Source: Tubiluchus corallicola
Taxonomy: Eukaryota; Animalia; Priapulida
Length of the DNA: 64,000 nt
Assembly: GCA_030141605.1 (NCBI GenBank)
Contig: JAQGDQ010000052.1
Span: forward strand, 124,001 to 188,000
Reading direction: 5' to 3'
Both the position numbers and the translations under genes were made by a program. A model generated the notes under the pieces. The model was not told the DNA's origin. It was given only the letters and a program-made list of their open reading frames with translations, and did not search any database. Positions 1 to 12,100 of this stretch are shown here, piece by piece (the first letter of the stretch is position 1; each line of letters opens with the position of its first letter).

Positions 1-549
1 CTTGTATGTAGAGCTTGAACATGATAGCCTTGCTTGCTGTCAGTGGTAAAATTTTGGGGAAAAGCTGTGCTTATTGTCTGAATGAAGCCACTTAACAAAA
101 TACAGCTTTTCACTTAAAACACAACTCGATCACTATGTGTGCATGTCAGCAAAGACAAGTGCAACAAACTGAGGTGATATGGAATTTGAATCACTCACGA
201 CTTCAAGTCAAACTTGGCATATTAGTCTTATCAGCAATTGGCAAGCAGCTAATACTGTCGGATGTACATGATTGCCTCATGATTGTTTTGTAAAATGGCA
301 TTTCTGATTAGTTTAATGATGTTGTATAATAGTATATAAATGAGTGAGTGACAAATTTAGTTGAATCCATCTTTATAGCTGCTAATTTGGTTTTCATAAA
401 CTTGTTAGGGTCAGTAGTGTATTTGACATGTTTTAGGTTATGAATACTGTTGACACTCTTGGCAGATAATGCTGTAAAAGCTTAGGGAACATTGGTTCTC
501 ATCATTAATACTGTTAACTGATTACTGTTTGTAAAATCTTATGAAACAG

Positions 550-3500
550 GTGGTTATGGTGGGGACAGAACACAAGTTTCTGTATCAGGCATGTCGGCTG
601 GTGCATTTTTTGCTACTCAGTATCATGTCATTCACTCAAGCAAAGTTATGGGGGCAGGAATCATTGCTGGAGGTCCATTCTGGTGTGCTAGAGGGAACTT
701 AATGACTGCTCTTGGTGCTTGCATGACATCTCCTAACAGCATTGACAGTAAGTTTTCAAATGCATGCATAACAGTATCTAAACTGAGTAGTGATTACTGG
801 TGTTGGTTAAGTATCACAGAATATTTAATGCAAGTATTATATCACAAGAAGTATTGATAGAGAATGCAACTAAGCACTTATTAATTCTTGATAACAGAGG
901 AAGGTTTCTTATGTGCATGTGTTTTATTAATAACTGCAGCTCACAGTGATTTATTTAACTTATATACCTTTTTTGTAAAAAAGCCAAAGTGCCCATTAAG
1001 TCTCAAATTTCTTTTATTTTATACACAAGCTTTTGTCCTTCAGGTCTTCATCAGCTGAAATCAACTTGTATGACCTACGAAGACCATTTCACTATCTAGG
1101 CCACACAAGTTGATTTCAGCTGATGAAGTTCATGAAGAACTAAAGCTTCTGTGAAAAAAAATTGAGATACCTAATGGGCACTTTGACTTCTTCGTGAATA
1201 TGACCATGGCAAGTGTCAGAACAGCACTATCTTATTTCCAAGCTACATGTATACACTTTTTGATGTGTACACATTGGCATACTGAAAGCCGAATTGCAGC
1301 ATTAACGGCAAGATATTTATGGCATGTGATACATGTGCATATGATATTTATGACCCAAGCATGACTCAAGGATAAACGTCTAATATGAGCCACTGGACCA
1401 GCAGAGGTGCTCAACCACTTTTCGATATATATACATCATCCTTTCTGATTAAAATGGTAAATAAAACGACTCAAAGCAAGTATCACACTATTTGCAAGCC
1501 ATGATGCGTGCGTCCGTATCCACTCAGCCATGAACTATGAGTTGGGTATGTACATTGTAATTTGTGCACTAAGTGCAAAAAGCGTTGCGCTTCCTTCTTT
1601 GTATTTTTTAAGTTTTATGTCGAAGTTTAGACTCTAAAGCATGAATTGTTATGCATGTCTCAAATCTAGAATTTACACTGTCTGCAAATTAATATGTGGA
1701 AAAGGCAGTAAATTATCACTTTGTTTTAAATTGCTTTAAAATTTGTCTGATTACATTGCAATCGACTACCATAAGTTTGACATATAATTTAATTTATACA
1801 TTGAAGATCACCTGAACCTGAAAGCCCCCGAAGTGTAAATGTGAACTGAATTATAAGCAAGTAAATAAATACACATTGGAAATAGTGGTTTTAAGTCAGC
1901 TCTACATGCACAATTGTGTCATTGGCGATATCCACATTGTTTTTTAGATGGCAGACTGTTTGATCAGACAGCGACTTATGCTGCCAACAGCCAAATTGAT
2001 CCTGTCGACAATTTGCAAAATGATAAAGTCTGGCTATTTGGAGGTTCTTCAGACACAACCGTTGTACCAGGTACTTAAATATTTGATATTTTTATTTCCA
2101 TTTTTGTCATAAATTATACCAACAAATTTTGTGGAGTCTTTTCACATGTAAGCATTTGTTTTCTTTCTTGTAATAATTCACTTAGTGGACAAAAAATAGA
2201 TATGGAAGTGGATGTAAAGGTGTGTAACTTAAAGAAGACTAGTGAACATTGCTGTGGCTGCATTAATCCTTAATTTTATATTTAGAGACAGATGGTCTTG
2301 AAAATAGAGGCGGTTGACATTTCTGGGAAATTAAAAGGAATAAATAATTGGGGGAAATATAAAAGGATAGTCCATTTGGGTGTGGGAAAATTGGTTGCTG
2401 TCATTTGGGTGCCAGGCACTAGAGCACTGGCTCACTTGAGTATGAGACATTTGGACGCCAGCACTGAGGTGCACTGCCGACTGTGCTGTTATGTGTAACA
2501 CAATATCATCATGCAAGGATACATTATTATGCACACAATTTTTCTATATTGTGCTACAATTCAAGACAAAAACTGTCACAATTATTCTTAATCTTGAAAT
2601 TGATAACCACACGTAAAGCATTAATTTGGCTCATTTGGCTACAAAAAATGAAGGATTAGGGGAGTTTGAATAAAGAACAAAAACCTGACAATGCTGAAAT
2701 GGCCAACATAATTACAACATTTGATAACAACATAATAATGTTGAACTTGTGAAGAGATATGGATGTAATTTGCTCCTGGAATTGAATAGAAGATGGATCA
2801 GATGCTTAAATGGTTTTCATAGTATGTGCTACCAGTTGCCATTGATTTTGCCTTTATGGCTATTGTCTAATACCTGGAATATTTTTACATTTAGGCGTTG
2901 TATCAAAAGCAGAGGAGTATTACCTTAATTATATCAATCCTAACAACATTGTTTCATCGATCGGTGAAGTCAACGCACACCACAACTTTGTAAGTTCTCA
3001 ACCTTACAAAACTTAGAAATTAGGATTATACGTTATTAAGAGAATTGCATGAAAAGCTATTATTCAGTTACTTTAGCATCTATTATATTACTTGATTTCC
3101 TTGCTTGTGTTAAGTGTTGAATCCGGTTTATTAGAGACTTTTGCACCTGGAACCTACATGAGGTCACGGTAGGATAAAAAGATATGTCTTGTGCATGTTT
3201 AATTGTTTATACCTTTTACATAGTTGACAATATATTTTTTACAGCCCACTGAGAACTATGGTAACTTGTGCACTCTGTCATACACCCCGTATATTGGTAG
3301 GTGTGACTACGATGCTGCCTACGAATTGTTGAATCACATATATGGAGAACTAAAGGTAGTCACAGTATTATTATTATCACATCTTATCAAATGCTGATTA
3401 GTTTGTCAAAGACAACTTTATAACTGTATACTCATACTCATATACTCATGCTTAAAAGCCGTGTATTGCATATTCTTGATCTGCGACAATTTTGGCTATT

Positions 3501-6500
3501 CGTAAGAAAACATTATTTTTAGTTTAGGAGTTTATCAAGGTTATGTTTAAATTAGTTTGTTTGTTTAAAAATACAATTACAAACATTATAATTACCTATA
3601 TTTGTTTCGTTTTGCATAGTATTAAAACAATGGCTAAAAATTTTGCAGTGCCCCACTAATTTTAGCTACGAGCCGCCACTGCTACTGTATTAAGCATATG
3701 TCAATGTTTTTCATCGTGTCAAAAGATAAAGCAGTATTTTTCAAACATGTTATCATTACTTTGCATTAATTGAGTATAAAGAAATTGTCTTCCTTTTGTT
3801 TTTTCAGAAGCCTGATGCAAGTACACAGTTACTGGGAGATGTATGTTTTAAATATTTAGAAAAACTTAAGTTTATAAGGAACAAGAGAGCTAATAAAAAG
3901 TATTTTTGTAATAAAGCATGTAAGCACTGGAATTTTAATAATGATAATTACATTATGGGTTGAACAGATACTCTATATATAACTGATGGACATTCACACT
4001 AATAGAGCGTAAATGCTTACATGAGTGCAGACAGTAAGCTACAAACATTAATATTGCAATGTGACTGCTAGTAGTATAAATACTCGGAATAATATTGAAA
4101 GTAGCAAACATAGTACTTTTGGGAGGCAGAACATTGACTGACAGACATATATAACTGATGGACATTCACACTAATAGAGCATAAACACTTAGATGAGTGC
4201 AGACGGCAAACTACAAGCATTAATATTGCAATGTGATTACTAGCAGTATAGATTCACGAAATAATATTGAAAGTAGCAAACATAGTAGTTTTGGGAGACA
4301 GGACATTGTATACAAAAAATAGGATACAGCTGTTCGAGCACCACTGTTCATCTCCTTTAGTGCACTGACTCAATCACGTAAGAATACACTACTGTATTGT
4401 GATGCCTTACCTGCCTAGTAGGTTAAACTTTTCTGGGAATCCTAGTTCATTGTCTGATAGCGGTGAACCTATCATATTACTCTGAGCATGTAAAGGTTTT
4501 TTAAGAAAAGAAATAATTATTTTTGTACGATCTTGTAATTAAAACTGGAAAAACTATAACTCCCAATAGCATGAGCACATTATAATCATGATTTTGAAAG
4601 AGATACAGCAAAAATAGCTAGAATTATTGAATTTATAGCTAATCACATCACTTGGCTAATTAACTGCCCGATCTAGAATTCTAGCAGTTTTCATCTGGAT
4701 GAGTATAGATTTTTTATGATGCATATTTCTGTTAATTAGGTGTTTTTGTGACATGTTAGGTATTTTTGAAATAAAAAACTGCTATATTTTACTAAAAGTA
4801 CTAGCAAAAAGTTAATGGCTTCTTCATGAAAACTACACATAATACTGAAAGTGGCAAAGTGCAGTGCAGAGCTGACATATGTTTAATTTACCAAAGTGAT
4901 AATTCTTAAGAAATATTGTGAGAGTTAGAAAACTATAGTCTTAAAAATACAAAAATTAGGTACAACAGTAAATTTTATCGATACTCATGTCCAAGTGTCC
5001 TCCCATGCCAAAATGCCCCATGCCAAAGTGTCACCAACCCGTAGTTCTTATCTTATAATGCATCGGCATTTATTGTTAAATTTATTTTAAGGCGCACTCA
5101 TTCTATAATATTATGTTAAACAAGTTGCAATTGACTTGACAGATATGAACTTATCAGGAATGAATCAAAAGTTTTGCAAAACATTCTTAATTATTTTTTC
5201 TTTATTGAGGTGTTTAGCCTTTGAGTTAAGGAATTTTTAAATTTTTTATTCAGTTTATCGAATTTGATGCCACTGAATTTTTTGCTGGGCTTTCTTCTCT
5301 GAACTCGATGGATGATATTGGGTATGCATACATACCTTCTGGATGCAGACATACTGCAGGTAATTAAAAATGGATGAGGTGACGGTTACAGCATAATGCT
5401 CTTGTTCTGAAGAATAATATTACCAAATGAAATTATTATTCCTCTAGACCGATTAAAATTAATGCTTGTGTGACCATTGCAATTACTGTCGTTCGTCATA
5501 TACGTAACAATTAAAATTACATATAGGTCTAATCTCTAATTGTTTAAAAATTGCTTGGTAGCCTTTACAGAAATAATCACAGGATGTCGTTAGTTTGCAA
5601 ATTACAACAATTTGTTTTTTGCCATTGATTTTGCAAATTTCACAAATGAAATAAAGTTATTGCAAAAATGCAATTTTTAGTTATTCATAATTTCACTTAG
5701 CTGGTAAATGTGACTTGCTTCTTTTTGTTTAGGCTGCAAGGTTCACATGGCATTCCATGGTTGTTTACAAGGAAAGTAAGTAGGAAGTAGATGTAATGAC
5801 GTAATCTTTATATAGCTCTCTTGAAGCACGCATGTGCATTAAGGAATAAAGAGTTGTCTTGTAACCCGCCATTACGTTTTGAGTTTAGCTTTCTGTTTTA
5901 TCTGTGTGTTCATCCAATTTGTGACAGTAGGGACAACATTTTTGAATTCATCTAAATAAAATATTTTCTAGAAGTGTTAATTCTAGATATTGCCAAACCA
6001 CTCTAGGAACCAAAAAATGTGAGCACCCCATACCGCCAGGATAATAATGTAGCTTAGACACAACTTAATATTTTTACTTGTTGAAGTGATTCCTTTACGA
6101 TTTTCTATTATTCAGTTTCACTGTAAAAGTTTATTCCTCAACTTTTTTTCACATAAAATTGTTTGATTGTTAGCCATTTTTAATATCACTGACAAGAAAG
6201 TCTTGGTGGACTCAGTTCACGGACCTGAGTACAAGCAGTATAAGTTGTAGTTTCATTATTTCAGGCATGCTGTCGGTGACGTTTATGCTAAAAACACAGG
6301 ATACAATGAAGTGGCAGAATTGAATAACATCGTCATCGTCTATCCACAGGCTACTTCATCCATGATGCTTGGTAACCTTAATGGCTGCTTTGACTGGTGG
6401 GGTTATACTGCTATGACAACATATGGTATGCTTCTCAAGTTACATGCATGCATGATGAATATATGTACTATTTAAAGGATTTTGTACCTCACAATTAATA

Positions 6501-7659
6501 CAGTGAATATTAAAAATTGGCACTTTTAACTGTAAATGGAAACTAACAATTGTCAGTAGCACACACTCTATTCAAAAAGTACATGTAATACTCAAGTAGG
6601 TATGATTTTTGTTAAGTATAATCAGGGCAGCAGTGCTAATAAAGAAGTGAGAAAATGTAGAACAAAGTTAGGCTTTCCAGTTGGGGAGACTAAACTGGCA
6701 TTCTTTCTCAGCAGTCAATTCCTACAACATGGCCCGAAAAACACAATGTTCAGGTCTGAACCAGTAAACTCTTTCTTACAATTCTGTTAGGAGTAAAATT
6801 TCATTACCTTAGAGAATTGTTAGTTTGAATTTATTTGAAAAAATGACGAGGAATCATCCTAGGACTGCATTCCCTCCCCCTCAAATAAAATAAGTCATTC
6901 TCATATGTTTCCAAGCACTACATGACAGACTGTGAAATAACAGTAAAAATACGTTATAACTGTGAGGTCACCTCCAACTTACTTCATACTACGTTGTGTT
7001 CAATACATGCAAAGTATGCCTTCTAATTATCAAAAAATAATTACGATGTAAAAAGCACTTGCAACCATTTCTAATAATTAACTATTTTTGCTAATATTTA
7101 TTAAAATTTTACACTCGTACTGTATTAAATCAATTGCTATTAGCAGATTTCACATTCACACTGTTGCAAACTTTTATGACAGAGAGCTACCCAAGCTAAA
7201 ATAATGAATACAGTTTTTGAAGTATATTATTCCACAGTCCACTTTCAATTTATACAATTTTCAATATTTTTGCAAAAGTCTGAGGTATGTTCATTGGCAA
7301 TATTGCAGCGATACTGTATACCACAGTTTTACTGGCGATTGACCTGTATTGTAATTGTGAGACCTAGTTTTTAAAAAACTGATCGTAAAAAAACATTGCT
7401 AAACATGACTAACTTTTAAATTATCATTTGCAGCAAAAACTGCAACACATTTGGAAGCCAACACTTTTTGTTCCCTCAGGTTTTCCAGACAATATGTTAG
7501 ATTTTCCAATTCCATTTTTTTAAAATCGTAATCTTAAAATTCTAATTTTTATTTTTTCCATTTTCAGCCACTAATTCAGCAGTGCAGATACAGATTGTGG
7601 ACCGGATGCTGGAGAGAGTCTTGTCTTCAGATGGCGTTGAACCATGTCGAAATAATTGA
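550..7659 (+). CDS. Extracellular-type poly(3-hydroxybutyrate)/PHA depolymerase-like serine esterase (5' end not resolved), 9 exons, ~319 aa visible
   Basis: Exons 550-747, 1948-2070, 2895-2989, 3245-3355, 3808-3840, 5254-5359, 5733-5775, 6265-6425 and 7568-7659 all have GT-AG boundaries and join in frame. Translation: [30 protein letters not shown]...AGGPFWCA...[16 protein letters not shown]...NAHHNFPTENYG...GYAYIPSGC...[13 protein letters not shown]...[17 protein letters not shown]...NGCFDWWGY...[13 protein letters not shown]. It has an N-terminal GxSxG lipase box, Asp (DTTV), His (AHHNF), the oxyanion His (FHGC) and the CxDWWGY motif of fungal and bacterial PHB depolymerases. Confidence 0.88.
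980..1192. mobile_element. Foldback (long imperfect palindrome) element, possibly inverted Penelope-like terminal repeats
   Basis: The outer arms caaagtgcccatta / taatgggcactttg and inner arms cttcatcagctgaaatcaacttgt / acaagttgatttcagctgatgaag are reverse complements around a ~25-nt spacer. Confidence 0.6.
3975..4308. repeat. Two-copy diverged tandem duplication, ~172-bp period
   Basis: aactgatggacattcacactaatagagc...aatattgaaagtagcaaacatagta..ttgggag occurs starting at ~3981 and ~4153. Confidence 0.85.
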
Positions 7660-9114
7660 TGCAGCCACTGCTATTATTGATTATTTAGCAATTTCTAATA
7701 ATTTTTCGTAATTACAGTATAACATCATTATAGCAAACCTCAGTGATATAGCTGCAAAAAAGCACTTTATGACTGAAGTACTCTATAAGCATATGCAGCT
7801 GACTGCTAAACCAGGGCAAGCATGTGTTAATAACTGTAGTATACAAATAATCATGTAGGCACATAATTACATCAAACTGCCATTATACATTTAGTTTTAA
7901 ATATATGTGTACCTGTACATGCTCAATAAAGTCATCGAGTCGGTCACTTTTGCTTGCACAAAATTTATGCGTTGTTCATGCATAAATTTTGCTGCAAAGT
8001 GTTGATCACTTAATGAAGCATAAATGGCTACAAACAACAAAAATAACACATTTTGCCAGCTTTCTTTCTTTTTGTACCACAGAAGATTTTTTATGGATAT
8101 TTCAGAAAAAATTTCATATTTAACGGAAAGCAACAGCAAGGTTCTTGTCTCTTCACTCAGCCATATGATTGCACTGCTGGTGTACGAATGATGTACGTTA
8201 CTGATTGCAAGTTATTATAAAACCAGCTGAGTGACTACTAAACTTTTGTACAGTAGGCAAAAATGACTTTTCGACATATTTGCAGCTTGACTTGCTGTAT
8301 GCCCAACAAACCTATTCTTGGACTTTCTATCAGGAATGATGAGTTAATATTAATGTTTAATTGTTTAATAATGTTTAATTGTAATTAATATGCAATTGGA
8401 GTTGATGGGCAAAGATAAAGTGTACTCAGTATAAACGTAAAAATGTGTCATAATACCTGCAATGAGGCCTGACAAAAAGTCCGCAAAATGCAATAACCAA
8501 ATATGCTGCATTCAAAGGTATCATGTTAGGTAAACAAATGATGAAAATGTTCGTTCTTTCTCATGAATTTGCATTCCCGGTGTGTATGCAAAAAAATCAT
8601 GTTCACTATAATGGTGTTATACTGTACTGCAATTAGCAAATAAACCCTAAAAAAATTATATAAGGTACAAAATCATGGTAAAATGTATGGAAATGAATTT
8701 GTATTAAATTCATGTATAAATAGCATTAATATTTTTCTTAACTCACTGGCTTCAGTGAACGAATATTAATGCTGTGTTAAACTAAAACAGGAAAAACGAA
8801 TTTACAACATGTTTGCTTTATTATTACATCTTGTTATACTATAATTTGACCCAAAAAGAGTCTCACAATGGCTGTAATGGCCTACTGCCAAAAAAAGCAC
8901 GTGAAATAAAAATTGACTAAGTCGGAATTTTTTTTTAATTACTTTCCAAGCTTGTGTCATAATTTTCATTTTTCTACTCATCAATTTAACAGCACTATTT
9001 ATGTCCAAATAGTGACTATTACAGAAAAAGAACAACAATTAATTTGAGTTAGTATTTCAAAATTAGCATAATCATTTTCAATTGGTCATATAGCAAAACA
9101 AATATCTGCTGCTT

Positions 9115-12100
9115 TCACTTTTTGCGGTGAGATGCTTCTCCCAAAGCTATGCTAGCTTCATCAAAATCTCTATCCATAATATTAAGCATAAGAGAGCCGG
9201 CATTTAAGAAAACTTTGTTTTGCGACTGTGCAATCTGAAATTTAAAATAAGTTTGAATGTGTGACAAATCATAGATTGAAATAAGGGTAGCTATAACAAG
9301 TTATGTCAGCAGTAACAATTTACCATACATAAAAATTCAGTCTATATGCATCTGTAGTTCTCTTCATCAAGACAACATGTAACCCAACAACATGTAATAA
9401 TACTAGACAAAGTTAAGCTCAATATGAGCTCAAGATTTGCAACAGGACTAGTAACAGTCTTGACATCAAAATTATAGTTTTAGTCCCTGTAAGGCTCCAG
9501 GCTATCTTGCAAATGAAAACACTGATAAACAATTCTTGACATATTCTTCACAACAAGGGGGATATAAAAAGTAATTATATGTATGTAAACTTGATAATGA
9601 TAATAAAAACATGGGTTTGTGAAGTTGTTCCACAATGCATACTACCAAATTGAATGTGAGCTGAGGCTGCACTGTTAACACAAGCCAGACAATGTTTTAG
9701 ACAAACAAGACAATATTTTTACATGTAGTGCCAGGGTGTGCAAAGTGCGGCCCACCAAGAGATTTTGTGTGGCCAGCAAAGAGATTTGTCAACCTAATGA
9801 AAGTGCGGCCCGGGCGACGAATTGTGTGTATCCAGCTGAAGTCCGCGCCACGATCCCAAAGATAGTGTGCGTAGTTTTTTCCACTAGATCGGATGGCATT
9901 AACCGTTACAAGATGGTTGTTACTTAATGTCATTGTTGCACATGTCGAAATTACACGTTACTCACTTGAACACAAAAAAGTGATGTAATCACAGAACACA
10001 GCAAACTATCAAGGAAGCCTCCATTGAAATGCTCAAATGTGCAAGGAATGCGAGAAGCAATCTGATTGGCTGGTAGGAAGACTGTTGATCTGCCCAGTCG
10101 TCTTCTTAGTCACAGCAGGTAGATCATTTTGACTTGGTTATTTTACAAAATAAATTATAAATAAATAAATTATAACAAAACATAAAATAACCAAGTCAAA
10201 ATGATCTACCTACTATGACCAAGAAGTAGCCAGCAAGCTGAAAAAGTGTGGTCACTCCTGATAAAGGGAGATTCCCAGATTTCAGTTTCTGCTTAGGCTC
10301 AGTAATACACGCCTGGATTGGTGGCTGTTTTGTCGTTTCATCAGGTGTAGTGCTCTTATAGATCAGAAAGATGGATAAGAATGAGGAAGATTGAAGAAGA
10401 ACATCGAGTCAAGGCAGGTTAATATGCACTGTACTACACAGACTGTGCGACACACATTACTAATACTGTAATGAAATTACCACTATCTGTCATGAAAGTA
10501 GAAATATGTGGTTTTTAATATAAATTTTAATGACTTCTAAAATAGTTTCTTGAGTGTAGTAGTAATGATGTGCGCAGACCGGATGCAAAAAATCTTTATT
10601 GGGCCCTACTGCACTTGGCTCCTTGATCAAACTGCCTGTGGCCCGCATGACTTGTGAGAAAGTTTAATGTGGCCTGACTAGTCAGAAAATTTGCACACCC
10701 CTGTTGTAGTGCGTGAGCTACAGTGTTGCCTATGTAGACTGTAGCGATACAATTTGGGTTCTTGTCACAACTTTATTATTTAACCTATGCCATGTGTTTA
10801 GTATATATATAATATGCTTACCGTTCTAGAAATACTCTGCGCTGCTCGTATTTTACGTAATTTTAAATAACCAGGATTTGCAGTAATAGCTTCGCCTAAC
10901 ATTCTAGCGGCTGCAGCTTCACCCTCAGCTTGCACAACTTTTTGTTGTCTTTCCTGTTTAGCCCTCTCAACAATAAAAAGAGCTCTCTGGGCTTCTTGTT
11001 GGGCAACCTAGACAAGAAAGTTAACAGATTAAATTAATAAGACTTGCTAATACAATTTCTTTAAAACCTTGCTTCATAATAAGTCCTCACTTAACGACTT
11101 CCAGTTTAGTGACATTTTGTTTTAACAAAGTTTTGGCCTTGTCGCAAGCAATGAAATTTTGTTTGCTGTACTCGCACATCACAAAAAAGATGCTGACAAC
11201 CAGTGTCAGGGTAATAAATTTTCCAGACTGATTCGGATAACAGGCAGGCAGTCATAGGCACCTGGCATACCACGAATGATTAATTACTGCCGCTTACCTC
11301 ATCTAATGACAAAATTATTGTGATATTTTCTCATATTACATGACATGTACAGAACAGCTGGGTTAATTGCTGCATTGACTTTATTGGCAATCACCTTTCA
11401 AAAAAAACACGTTAGAAATATCTCTAAGAAATATAAATAGCATTAAACAGAAAAACAGAAAAAAGCACAACGTTTAAAAGTCGTTAATGATTCACATTGT
11501 TACAAAGATGCAAGAAAAGAGGGAAAACTGTATAAAAAATGCGAGGAACCAAAGAAAAGCAACCACTGTAAGACACAAAAAATCCATTTAAAATTTGAAA
11601 TTGATTGAAATACCGATGTCTACAGAATCATTGCAACAGTTGTAATAATTTTATGCAAAATTGTGTAGTTGCTACAAAAATATTTCACCAAAATAGTTAT
11701 TCCTCGCCTTTTAATGAACAGATAATGTATATAAGTACAAGCAATTAACCTCATGAAACATTTGATTTGTGAGCCAAGCATTTATTGAGTTTTTACATTA
11801 CTTTCGTAGAAGTTAATGGTTTCGTTAAGTGAGGATTTCTTTGCTGAAGTGAGTAAATAAATTCATGAGCACTTGCAAATGTGTCACAAAAAAATTACAA
11901 GCATGCAAATATAGTTGGTTTCAAAATTTTTAGTTCTGAGATATTCAGACAGAACTTAGCACATGATTGTAACTTCACCAAACATATAAATCAGTGTTAT
12001 CATTATTAAACAAATGTATTACACAAAAGCAACACCAACTGACAATAATAATGCTAGCCGAAAGAGGTTTAAAAAGCTCAAAAGAAGCTTTCTGGGCTTC

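Noticed and set aside
12-45. Possible first coding exon of the depolymerase (MIALLAVSG, donor gtaaaa, phase-compatible with the exon at 550)
   Set aside because: Too short for a convincing signal peptide, weak donor, and at the window edge. Left out of the gene model.
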